Both the position numbers and the translations under genes were made by a program. Of a stretch of 64,000 nucleotides of DNA, positions 35,278 through 43,667 are shown in pieces (positions within the stretch are counted from its first letter, which is position 1; each line of letters begins with the position of its first letter). Source of the stretch: a virus; the IMG/VR virus record IMGVR_UViG_3300045988_105534; one strand, written 5' to 3'. The notes under the pieces were generated by a model. The model ran no database searches and had not been told where the DNA came from. It saw only the letters and a program-made list of their open reading frames with translations.

Positions 35278-35790
35278 ATGAGTACAACAAAAACAATTGA
35301 TATTTCAGTGCTGCCAGAGGCAGAACAGGATCTAATAAAAGCATTATTTGATAAATGTTGTGAAAGAGCGAAACCAAAAGAAAAAACTAATTCAGGGTCT
35401 AAAGTTTGGAAACCAAAATACGGTGAAAGATATCATTACATTGATGGTAGCGGATCTATTTATAGTGCAATATGGTTTAATAGCATTGTCGATAACGGTA
35501 GATGGGTATTAGGCAACGTATTTAAAACACAAGAAGAAGCAGTATTTGCAAGAAAGAAAAGAAAAGTAGAAGTTGAACTTGAGCGGTATGCAAAGGAACA
35601 CAATGGCACAGAATTTGCCAATCGTTGTTATTGTATTCGATGTGAAGAAGACGGAAAAAGACTTCTTTGCGATACATGGGCTACAACAAAAATACAGGGT
35701 ACAGTTATGTTTACATCAAAAGATGTTTTAGTTGATGCAATTGAAGCAATCGGAAGAGACAGAATCATTAAATACATCTTTGGAGCATAA
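35278..35790 (+). CDS. Hypothetical protein, tandem paralog A (170 aa)
   Basis: Shares KTIDIS..L.EA.Q.L.K.LF...CER......NS ... LGNVFKT.....FA ... RIIKYIF with the next gene. Confidence 0.6.
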   Translation: MSTTKTIDISVLPEAEQDLIKALFDKCCERAKPKEKTNSGSKVWKPKYGERYHYIDGSGSIYSAIWFNSIVDNGRWVLGNVFKTQEEAVFARKKRKVEVELERYAKEHNGTEFANRCYCIRCEEDGKRLLCDTWATTKIQGTVMFTSKDVLVDAIEAIGRDRIIKYIFGA

Positions 35791-35806
35791 AGTGAGGTGA
35801 AAGAAA

Positions 35807-36340
35807 ATGGGTACAGAAAAGACAATTGATATTTCAAAATTATCTGAAGCACAACAGAATTTATTCAAATCATTATTTGAGCAATTTTGTGAAAGATCAG
35901 AAAAAGAAGAAAAAGCTAATTCATGTGGTTTAAAGAATGGGGATACGTATTATTTCATCACTGATGATGGGCATATCTGTATGGCAAAATGGCAAGGTAG
36001 AGCATCAGATTTTAGAAGATTAGCTTTAGGTAATGTATTTAAGACTGAAAAGGATACAGAGTTTGCTATTGAAAAGCAGAAGGTTAGGGTTGAATTGCAA
36101 ATATATGCTGATGAACATAATGATCCTGATCAAGAAGAATGGGATGGAGCGAATTTTCATTATTATATTGGATATGATGTGACTGAGGATGATTTGGCAA
36201 AAATCCCTGCCGTACAACTTAGACGCCTAAATGAGGTATATTTTTCTTCTAAAGAAATCGCTGAGGATGCCGCCAACAAGGTTGGAGCAAAACGCATCAT
36301 AAAATATCTATTTGATGTTGATTGTGGGGTGGATGAATGA
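35807..36340 (+). CDS. Hypothetical protein, tandem paralog B (177 aa)
   Basis: Paralog of 35278-35790. Confidence 0.6.
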   Translation: MGTEKTIDISKLSEAQQNLFKSLFEQFCERSEKEEKANSCGLKNGDTYYFITDDGHICMAKWQGRASDFRRLALGNVFKTEKDTEFAIEKQKVRVELQIYADEHNDPDQEEWDGANFHYYIGYDVTEDDLAKIPAVQLRRLNEVYFSSKEIAEDAANKVGAKRIIKYLFDVDCGVDE

Positions 36341-36660
36341 GTACATATAAAATCGGAGAAATCTTAGTATCACAAAGAGAAACAGAAGTTGAAACAATTT
36401 TTGGAAGAAAAGAGATAATTCCTAAAGGAAACAAAATTATTATTACCGCTCATAGGCTTGGGTATCATATTAGGAACGGCATGAAACAGCCTTTGCAAAA
36501 GGATGATGTTGTAAAAGGCTATGACACAGAAGGACTTGCAGAGTATTTGTTTACGTGTATGAAAAGTCATCTTCCGATGGATGATATGATGTGTGATTAT
36601 GATTTGACACAAACAGATGTTCAAGAAGTTATTGAAGAAGCATTGGATGAGATTTTTTAG
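36337..36660 (+). CDS. Hypothetical protein (107 aa)
   Basis: Overlapping start and stop with the upstream gene. Confidence 0.55.
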   Translation: MSTYKIGEILVSQRETEVETIFGRKEIIPKGNKIIITAHRLGYHIRNGMKQPLQKDDVVKGYDTEGLAEYLFTCMKSHLPMDDMMCDYDLTQTDVQEVIEEALDEIF

Positions 36661-36676
36661 AAGAGGAGGATGAATA

Positions 36677-37141
36677 GTGCTGATAACAATACTTGTAATT
36701 ACTATAATTGCTTCAATAACCTATTATCATCATGCTAAAAACAAGGATTACTCCTCTGGTGATCTTGATATTCTTAGTGTTGTATTAATTCTGATTAACT
36801 TTGCCATTATCGTACTTTTATGTTCACTACTGAGTAATCTATATGAAAATCAAGGTGTCAATCAGAAAATCAAAATGTATGAAACACAAAATCGGCAGCT
36901 TGAGAGAAAGATTGATGTGACTGTTAAGAGTTACATGAATCATGAAAAGGATACATACAAAGAATTTAAAGCTGGTGATGGAATGGCATTGATCACAACA
37001 TATCCTGAATTAAGAAGCAATGAACTTGTTAAAAAACAGATGGATACATACCAAAGCAATAATCGTAAGATTGCAAAATTAAAAGAAAAAGAAATTGATT
37101 GCAATGTTACCAAGTGGTGGATTTATTTTGGAGGAGAATAA
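36677..37141 (+). CDS. Membrane protein (154 aa), GTG start
   Basis: AGAGGAGGA Shine-Dalgarno before GTG; two N-terminal transmembrane helices. Confidence 0.55.
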   Translation: MLITILVITIIASITYYHHAKNKDYSSGDLDILSVVLILINFAIIVLLCSLLSNLYENQGVNQKIKMYETQNRQLERKIDVTVKSYMNHEKDTYKEFKAGDGMALITTYPELRSNELVKKQMDTYQSNNRKIAKLKEKEIDCNVTKWWIYFGGE

Positions 37142-37143
37142 TT

Positions 37144-37332
37144 ATGAAAGTTTTATATAAAGGTAAGAAGTACAAAGTGTATGGAGTAAGCCCTAGCCCA
37201 TACACACAAGGTTATTACTATGAAAAGGGTGCAGATTTCTTAATCTATATAAAAAATAGTTGGGTATGGGTATCTTCTGATTATTGTATACCATATAAAA
37301 AGAAAAAACATAAGAAGGAAGAGGGTAAATGA
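37144..37332 (+). CDS. Hypothetical small basic protein (62 aa)
   Basis: TTGGAGGAGAA Shine-Dalgarno before the ATG at 37144. Confidence 0.5.
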   Translation: MKVLYKGKKYKVYGVSPSPYTQGYYYEKGADFLIYIKNSWVWVSSDYCIPYKKKKHKKEEGK

Positions 37333-37432
37333 TATTAGATACGCACTTAGAGATGTTTCGCTATTTGCGCTTACTGACGATACAACCGATGAAGAAAAAA
37401 TAATATTTACAGTTCAAGGGAGTAAGGCTGAT

Positions 37433-37753
37433 ATGAATTATAATCTAACATTTCCTGTCGTAGTTCTAAAAGATGAGAATGACTCAGTTCCATATATGGC
37501 ATATATCCCATATTTTGACGTAATGACACAGGGATATGATGAAGAAGAATTGCAGATGATGGTCAAAGATTTGTTGAATCTCTGCTTAGAAGATAAAGAA
37601 TCTTATACAATTCCTGCATGGGCATATAGTTATTTCAATGAAGACGATGTCAAGGAACGAGGCAGAAAATATTTCACAGAACTTGATGATGGAGACGATA
37701 CATATTTTCAGAAGAATTTTTACACAGTATGGTGGTTTGATTTTAGGAAATAG
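37433..37753 (+). CDS. Hypothetical protein (106 aa)
   Basis: AAGGGAG Shine-Dalgarno. Confidence 0.6.
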   Translation: MNYNLTFPVVVLKDENDSVPYMAYIPYFDVMTQGYDEEELQMMVKDLLNLCLEDKESYTIPAWAYSYFNEDDVKERGRKYFTELDDGDDTYFQKNFYTVWWFDFRK

Positions 37754-37776
37754 TCGTAGAAAAGGAGAAAGATAAA

Positions 37777-37959
37777 ATGGACGTTTTGTTTTACATAATT
37801 TGGGTATTGGCGTTTATTGTAATCGTAGCAATTGGTGTTGGAGTACCGTATATGACATATTATAACTACAAAAGAATCAAGGCAATGGACAAGAAACTTA
37901 CAGGAATGTGTACGGGTCTTGGCATTATGTTAAGACCAGAAGAAGGTGATAATGAATGA
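37777..37959 (+). CDS. Small membrane protein (60 aa)
   Basis: AAAAGGAGAAAG Shine-Dalgarno; one transmembrane helix. Confidence 0.55.
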   Translation: MDVLFYIIWVLAFIVIVAIGVGVPYMTYYNYKRIKAMDKKLTGMCTGLGIMLRPEEGDNE

Positions 37960-38264
37960 AAGATATGAGAAATAATCCCATTGAAAATGGAAATCTGTGT
38001 TTTAGATCAAGAATGGTAAATGGAGAAACATTGATGGGATATGCATTAGTTATCTCAAACAAGCTGTTTTGGAAAGACGGATGGAATAACTATATTTCTA
38101 GCCACGACAAACTTAATTCTAAGCAATTAATTGTCATCGAACACCTAAATGATGATGAAAAGAAAATGAGAAAAGAATGGTTAAAGTTCATGGCAACAAC
38201 AAAATCAAAAAAGGTTAAAGATGCAGACCGAGTAATTGTGAAAGACTTATTGAGTGAAATATGA
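37956..38264 (+). CDS. Hypothetical protein (102 aa)
   Basis: Overlapping start and stop with the upstream gene. Confidence 0.55.
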   Translation: MKDMRNNPIENGNLCFRSRMVNGETLMGYALVISNKLFWKDGWNNYISSHDKLNSKQLIVIEHLNDDEKKMRKEWLKFMATTKSKKVKDADRVIVKDLLSEI

Positions 38265-38279
38265 GGTGCAAGGTATTAA

Positions 38280-38447
38280 ATGAGAAAATTAATTTGGTAT
38301 ATAAGATCTTGTTTCTGTAAGCATGATTGGGAACAGATATTTGATTCAGATATATACTGGAGTGAGAAATCAACTAGACCTTATAAGTGTGAAAAGGTTT
38401 ATCGCTGTAAGAAATGTGGCTGTGAGAAAAGATATGTAATAGAGTAA
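38280..38447 (+). CDS. Small Cys-rich protein (55 aa), not in the ORF track
   Basis: GAGGTGCAAGG Shine-Dalgarno; CxC...CxxC pairs suggest a zinc ribbon. Confidence 0.4.
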   Translation: MRKLIWYIRSCFCKHDWEQIFDSDIYWSEKSTRPYKCEKVYRCKKCGCEKRYVIE

Positions 38448-38480
38448 AATCTGAGTTTTATGTAAAGGGAGGTGATTAAT

Positions 38481-38780
38481 ATGGGAGCTAATATTGAGTT
38501 TGCCATTGGGTTTTGTATCGTTGGAGTGATTGTATTTCTAAGATATGAAAGAAAGTTAGATCGGATGAGACAGACAAATGTAAATCTGATCTTAGATAAA
38601 ATGTCATTCATGGCTGATGCGAACGACAAAGAAAATGGTACATATAATAAGGAAGAAACTCGTTCAGATGTTAAGGATGCAGTGAAGTATGCAATGAAGA
38701 AAAGTCATCCAGACAATGGTGGTAGTGCGGATGATTTTAGAAAATTTAGAGAGCTTTATGAAGAAATGGAAGGTAAGTAA
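38481..38780 (+). CDS. Membrane-anchored J-domain-like protein (99 aa)
   Basis: N-terminal transmembrane helix; C-terminal AVKYAMKKSHPDNGGSADDFRKFRELYEEM carries the J-domain HPD signature; AAAGGGAGGTGA Shine-Dalgarno. Confidence 0.5.
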   Translation: MGANIEFAIGFCIVGVIVFLRYERKLDRMRQTNVNLILDKMSFMADANDKENGTYNKEETRSDVKDAVKYAMKKSHPDNGGSADDFRKFRELYEEMEGK

Positions 38781-39062
38781 ATGCTAAAGGTCGGAGATAG
38801 AGTTTATATTTATAGAATGAAGCCAGCGGCTAAAGGAGGTTTGGTTAGAAATAACGACAAAGGTACAATTACTCGCATCGGAACAGATGAGATTGGTCGT
38901 AGATATGGGTATAGATATATGACCGTTAAATTTGACAAACCAGTAAACATCTCTAATCGTGATATTTACTCTTTAGAATTTTTTGAAAACAAGGATGATC
39001 GTAAGATAGGTAGAATACGAGATCTTGGATTCTTACTATATGGTAGAAAATGTGAGGAATAA
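38781..39062 (+). CDS. Hypothetical protein (93 aa)
   Basis: Translationally coupled (TAAATG). Confidence 0.55.
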   Translation: MLKVGDRVYIYRMKPAAKGGLVRNNDKGTITRIGTDEIGRRYGYRYMTVKFDKPVNISNRDIYSLEFFENKDDRKIGRIRDLGFLLYGRKCEE

Positions 39063-39067
39063 GACTC

Positions 39068-39253
39068 ATGAGTAAACAAGAATCATTGAAGTTTTTGCAA
39101 GGTTTGATTGACGAAGTAGAAAATTGGACAAAAGAAGATATTGAACGAGCGCAGAAGTTGATGGAGAAAATAGATAAAGAAGAGCCAAAAGAAGTTGAAA
39201 ATAGTGATGGGTATTGGGAATTTATAATGCCAGATGGTAAGGTAGTGAAGTAG
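39068..39253 (+). CDS. Hypothetical protein (61 aa)
   Basis: GTGAGGAA Shine-Dalgarno. Confidence 0.5.
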   Translation: MSKQESLKFLQGLIDEVENWTKEDIERAQKLMEKIDKEEPKEVENSDGYWEFIMPDGKVVK

Positions 39254-39255
39254 AT

Positions 39256-39471
39256 ATGGCTAAGAAACAAAATAAAAATTTTAAAATACTTGGTGTGTTT
39301 TGGGAATATATAAAATATTCTGCTCAAATAATATTGAGTACGCCAAAAGTGAGGCTTACTATAGCACTCACTAAAATCTATGTTATATTGTCGGATTTAT
39401 GTTATTTGGGGTTTGACAACTATAAAAATAACATAGGTACAAAACTAGATTGCTGGATCAGATGCTTATGA
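39256..39471 (+). CDS. Small membrane protein (71 aa)
   Basis: ORF; hydrophobic. Confidence 0.45.
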   Translation: MAKKQNKNFKILGVFWEYIKYSAQIILSTPKVRLTIALTKIYVILSDLCYLGFDNYKNNIGTKLDCWIRCL

Positions 39472-39493
39472 ATTGGTTTGACAACTATAAAAA
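39410..39493 (+). repeat. 19-bp direct repeat GGTTTGACAACTATAAAAA, two copies 65 bp apart
   Basis: Copies at 39410-39428 and 39475-39493; each contains TTGACA. Confidence 0.6.
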
Positions 39494-39506
39494 ATAAAGG
39501 AAAATT

Positions 39507-39674
39507 ATGAAAACAAGACAAGAACGTAAACAGGAAATAAAACGATTCTTTGATCGGTTGAGTCCGCAGGAATTGGACGCACTGTTAGAAAGAAATGGAA
39601 TCAATGATAAAGAGTCAAAAGAGGCTCTTTCATATAGAATTATTAAAGAAGAAATTGAGAAAGGAGAGATATAA
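39507..39674 (+). CDS. Small basic protein (55 aa), not in the ORF track
   Basis: MKTRQERKQEIKRFFDRLSPQELDALLERNG...; stop overlaps the next ATG. Confidence 0.4.
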   Translation: MKTRQERKQEIKRFFDRLSPQELDALLERNGINDKESKEALSYRIIKEEIEKGEI

Positions 39675-40021
39675 TGAACCACTTCTTATATATTGAATCA
39701 CGGGAAGAAGAGAATACATCCCTCGATTCTAAACGTGTTTTATTAAATGAAGAAAATTACAAACATATTATTTCATCATTAGATCATTATCCACCGACGG
39801 CAGATGAAGTTAAGAGAGCAATTTGTATTTTGATAGGACGATTGATCTATAGAAGCGTTTGGAATATGGAATCTGATATTGATAGTTTAAATATGAGTTT
39901 ATCCCCGCCAAAAGAAATGACGGTTGCAGAAATCGAAAAAGAACTCGGTCATAAAGTAAAAATTGTAGAGGAGAAAGAATGCCAATGGCAAAAAAGAAAC
40001 AAGGAATGTCGTTTGAAATGA
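39674..40021 (+). CDS. Hypothetical protein (115 aa)
   Basis: GAGAAAGGAGAG Shine-Dalgarno. Confidence 0.6.
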   Translation: MNHFLYIESREEENTSLDSKRVLLNEENYKHIISSLDHYPPTADEVKRAICILIGRLIYRSVWNMESDIDSLNMSLSPPKEMTVAEIEKELGHKVKIVEEKECQWQKRNKECRLK

Positions 40022-40290
40022 TGATGCAAAATATGGAAATTAATCCAAGACAATTGTATCGTCGTAGTTCGTGGAAGAAGACACGAACAACTTATGATTA
40101 TGTGTTTATGATGTGCGAAGAAGAATTAAATGAGATTATTCCATTTGATAAAAAATATAAAATGAAACCACTCTTATGTAGAGACCAAAATGGAGTTATA
40201 ACATTGGGATGGTTGCCTACACAAGAGGATATTTTCGCAAATGATTGGGTTGAGCAAGGATGGGATTTTAACAGTAAAAGGAAGAGGTGA
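40006..40290 (+). CDS. DUF2829 (Tad2-like) protein, copy 1; alternative start 39979
   Basis: N-terminus MSFEMMMQ...YRRSSW and C-terminus GWLPTQEDIFANDWV match the conserved ends of DUF2829 proteins. Confidence 0.5.
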   Translation: MSFEMMMQNMEINPRQLYRRSSWKKTRTTYDYVFMMCEEELNEIIPFDKKYKMKPLLCRDQNGVITLGWLPTQEDIFANDWVEQGWDFNSKRKR

Positions 40291-40298
40291 GTAATTAA

Positions 40299-40583
40299 TT
40301 GAATTTTATAAAAGCAATGACTGCAATAAAAAAAGACAAAACGACTATAAGAAGAGGCATTTGGGGAAAGGAAAAGTATTTGAAAATTTATTCGTCAGAA
40401 TTAACTAATGTTTATTTTGAGTGTAATGATATGGGTGAATATAAGCCAGATTCAATTATTTTTTTATTTGATAAAGAAAACGCAGAAGTTTGGATACCTC
40501 TTGCGGAAGATGTATATGCAGATGACTGGGAAATATATGTTGAGTCAATTAATAAAGGTGAGCAGATAAAGGAGGAAAAATAA
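40299..40583 (+). CDS. DUF2829 (Tad2-like) protein, copy 2; TTG start
   Basis: MNFIKAMTAIKKDKTTIRRGIWGKEKYL ... VWIPLAEDVYADDWEIY; AGGAAGAGGTGAG Shine-Dalgarno before TTG. Confidence 0.55.
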   Translation: MNFIKAMTAIKKDKTTIRRGIWGKEKYLKIYSSELTNVYFECNDMGEYKPDSIIFLFDKENAEVWIPLAEDVYADDWEIYVESINKGEQIKEEK

Positions 40584-41536
40584 TGAAGTGTTTTTATCAT
40601 GTTGATCAAGACGGAATCGTGTCTGGATTCTACGTCAGAAAAGCTTGTGAACAGCGAGGTTTAGCATTTGAACCAGAGGACTTCCGAAAAATTAATTACG
40701 GTATGAAATTCCCGTTTCATGACATTAAACAGGATGAATTTGTATTCATTGTAGACTACAGCATTGAGCCAGAAGAAATGTGGCAGTTGTTTAGTATTAC
40801 AAAGAATGTATTTTGGATCGACCATCATCAATCTACGATTGAAACGTATAAAGATTTTAAGTGTGATGTGAAAGGAATTCGAATCACTGGAGAAGGTATT
40901 TCAGGAGCGAATTTGACATGGTTATATTTTAAAGAAATGTGTGACGAAGATTGGGAACAAATTGAGAGGACGGATGAGAAAAATGTAAAAAGATTACTCA
41001 ATATATATAAATATAAAGAAGATTATCCAAAACTGGCAGAATATACAGCCATGTGGGATACATTTTATTTTGGTGCAACGTCAAAAAAATTCATAAAAGC
41101 ATTTCACTATGCATTTGAATCGTATGATTTTGATGCGTTAAGTCCATTGCTAAACACGTTAAATGAAGATCAAGGAATTTATGAAGCAGCAAAAATTATT
41201 GGTGATATGATAACAGATGGCTTATCAATTATTGAGTATTTAGCAGCAAATGCAGAACAGTATCTTAGAGCATATGGTTTTGAAACCACATTTGAGGGAC
41301 ATAAAGTCTATGCTATCAACCGAGCATTAATCAATTCTGATTTCTTTGAATCTATTGATGCTTCTAAATATGATATGTTCATTGGTTTTTCGTTCAATGG
41401 TAGTATGTGGGAATATCAGTTACGATCAGCAGAACAGGATAAAGTAAATGTGTATGAGCTTGCTGTGAAATATGGTGGTGGCGGTCATCCAAATGCAGCT
41501 GGATTTAGAAGTGAGAAATACATGTTAGGAGTGTGA
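40583..41536 (+). CDS. DHH-DHHA1 family phosphoesterase (NrnA/GdpP-like nanoRNase / pAp / cyclic-nucleotide phosphodiesterase)
   Basis: HVDQDGIVSG and IDHHQST are DHH motifs; GGGHPNAAG is a DHHA1 motif. 317 aa, the size of stand-alone NrnA. Confidence 0.8.
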   Translation: MKCFYHVDQDGIVSGFYVRKACEQRGLAFEPEDFRKINYGMKFPFHDIKQDEFVFIVDYSIEPEEMWQLFSITKNVFWIDHHQSTIETYKDFKCDVKGIRITGEGISGANLTWLYFKEMCDEDWEQIERTDEKNVKRLLNIYKYKEDYPKLAEYTAMWDTFYFGATSKKFIKAFHYAFESYDFDALSPLLNTLNEDQGIYEAAKIIGDMITDGLSIIEYLAANAEQYLRAYGFETTFEGHKVYAINRALINSDFFESIDASKYDMFIGFSFNGSMWEYQLRSAEQDKVNVYELAVKYGGGGHPNAAGFRSEKYMLGV

Positions 41537-41539
41537 TGT

Positions 41540-42301
41540 ATGGATAAAGGTATAACTATAGAATTTTATAGGAATTATGAATTTGATATTGTGCGAGGTA
41601 TTTGTCTTGGAGATGAATCAACAAAAATTGACTTCCCTATAAATGATGAAACTTTAAACATAATGGCTTCAGATTTTCAATATAATGAACAAACTATACA
41701 GTTAGATTATGGTTATAAATATAGAAGAAAAAATTATGTAAAAATCGACGAAATGCAAGCTACATCAACAAATATATTGTCATGTAACGGAATTATATTA
41801 AAAGATGGCATTAAGTTTTTTATTGGTGAAGCAGTAATGGATGTTTCTAGTGGAAAAGAAATATATAAATTATATGACAAAGATGTATATAAAGATAAAA
41901 CTTATTATAATCAAACGAAAGAAATGGTATTTGAATGGGCAAAGAAAGATATATATAAAGTTGTAATGATGATGGACAGGATTGCAGGAGAGGCAATTAA
42001 TCGAGCGATGACCGAATATGCTAATCACGGATCTTTGTATCGTATGTTCTTTCCACCTAATATTCCTGAGCCACAATATAGTTATTCTATGCATGATTTA
42101 TACTTGATGACTGATCCTAATATAATGAAGGGTGACATTCGTAGGCGTATATGCTGCAAGGTACCTAATTTTGATAGGAGGGTGAGGAAATGGGATTATA
42201 GTGCAGATCGTTATGAACATTACTTAGTGTTGGATTACAGTAAGGAAATCAATAAATTCATTAAAGAACAGGAGGATAAAAAATGTGAAGAAATTAAATG
42301 A
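41540..42301 (+). CDS. Hypothetical protein (253 aa)
   Basis: TAGGAGTG Shine-Dalgarno. Confidence 0.6.
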   Translation: MDKGITIEFYRNYEFDIVRGICLGDESTKIDFPINDETLNIMASDFQYNEQTIQLDYGYKYRRKNYVKIDEMQATSTNILSCNGIILKDGIKFFIGEAVMDVSSGKEIYKLYDKDVYKDKTYYNQTKEMVFEWAKKDIYKVVMMMDRIAGEAINRAMTEYANHGSLYRMFFPPNIPEPQYSYSMHDLYLMTDPNIMKGDIRRRICCKVPNFDRRVRKWDYSADRYEHYLVLDYSKEINKFIKEQEDKKCEEIK

Positions 42302-42818
42302 TGAACAGCGAAAGCTGATTGAAGATAACTATTCTTTGATTTGGCATTTGCATGAAAAGTATTTTACAAAATTTACAGATTTTGATACATATATGGATCT
42401 TGGGCGTATGGCAATTTGTAAAGCAGCATTAAAATGGGACGAGTCTAAAGGAACTTTTGGTACATATCTCTTCTGGGTATTACGTTCAGAAGTGAATCAA
42501 TATTATACAAAATGGCACAGACCAACAGAAAAAATGAATAGGAATGCTGAATCGTTAGATACGCCATTGGCAGGATATGAACCAGAAGATGATATTACAA
42601 TCGGAACAACACTGATGAGTGGGGATAACGTAGAAGATGAGGTACTTACAAAGGTACATTTTCAAAATGAGTTTGATAAATTGGCACCGAGAAATAAAAA
42701 GATTATTGTTTTAAAGCAGAAAGGTTTAACACAAAGACAAATTGCAAGTCAGCTTGGAATCACTCATCAGTGGGTTAGTCAAAATATTGTACAGTTTAAG
42801 AAAGCATTATGTGGATAA
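42285..42818 (+). CDS. Sigma-70 family RNA polymerase sigma factor (phage-encoded), paralog 1
   Basis: Region 2-like FGTYLFWVLRSEV and region 4 HTH LTQRQIASQLGITHQWVSQNI. GTG start with AGGAGGA Shine-Dalgarno. N-terminus parallels 48538. Confidence 0.8.
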   Translation: MKKLNDEQRKLIEDNYSLIWHLHEKYFTKFTDFDTYMDLGRMAICKAALKWDESKGTFGTYLFWVLRSEVNQYYTKWHRPTEKMNRNAESLDTPLAGYEPEDDITIGTTLMSGDNVEDEVLTKVHFQNEFDKLAPRNKKIIVLKQKGLTQRQIASQLGITHQWVSQNIVQFKKALCG

Positions 42819-42831
42819 AAGAGGTGAGATC

Positions 42832-43665
42832 ATGACAATTGAAGAAGTAAAGGATTACATAAACTCGTCTACAGAGTATGATTTTTTGCGAGATTATCCG
42901 CATAAAATTGCTTTTCTAACATTAGGTGGAAGTTATGCCTATGGAACAAATACAGAGGATTCTGACATTGATTTACGTGGCGTTTTCCTTAGTGATAAAA
43001 GAGAGATTTTGTTGAACAATAATCAAAACAATCTTGAGAAGACCGATGATCGTAAAGACGTTGATACTGTGATACATTCGCATATTAAGATGATCAACAT
43101 GCTTGCTAAGGGTAATCCTACGTTTTTAGAGTTGCTATACTTTGCACCAGATCGCTATTTGTATGTATCCGATATTGGTATGGAGTTGATCAAAAATAGA
43201 GATATGTTCTTATCTAAGAGAGTTTATCATGCATATAAAGGATATATATGTGATTGCCTGACTCGAACGAGTTTTAAGTATTATAAAAATAAAGATTCAG
43301 AGAAAGAAAAGCAAAAGGCGGAACGATACGCTAATAAATCAATGATGCACGCAGTTCGATTATTGTTACAGGGCATTGAATTATTGCATAACGGAACAAT
43401 GTTAGGATCTATGGATGACATAGGAAAAGATCTTGTAAAGATCAAAGAAGGATATAATAGTACGCATAAAACATATAGATTTGGCAAACACAATGAGCAT
43501 ACAGAATATTTCCCAAATCAGTCATACGATGTTTTTATTGAAGGATTACTTTATCAATTTGATTATGATTATATGAATACTGATTTGCCAGACGAACCAG
43601 ACTGGGATCGTATCAATAACTTCTTGATGACAACAAATGAACGAATTGTGAGAGGAATGGTGTAA
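42832..43665 (+). CDS. Pol-beta superfamily nucleotidyltransferase
   Basis: IAFLTLGGSYAYGTNTEDSDIDLRGVF matches the GS-x(9-10)-DxD nucleotidyltransferase motif; AAGAGGTGAG Shine-Dalgarno. Confidence 0.65.
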   Translation: MTIEEVKDYINSSTEYDFLRDYPHKIAFLTLGGSYAYGTNTEDSDIDLRGVFLSDKREILLNNNQNNLEKTDDRKDVDTVIHSHIKMINMLAKGNPTFLELLYFAPDRYLYVSDIGMELIKNRDMFLSKRVYHAYKGYICDCLTRTSFKYYKNKDSEKEKQKAERYANKSMMHAVRLLLQGIELLHNGTMLGSMDDIGKDLVKIKEGYNSTHKTYRFGKHNEHTEYFPNQSYDVFIEGLLYQFDYDYMNTDLPDEPDWDRINNFLMTTNERIVRGMV

Positions 43666-43667
43666 AA

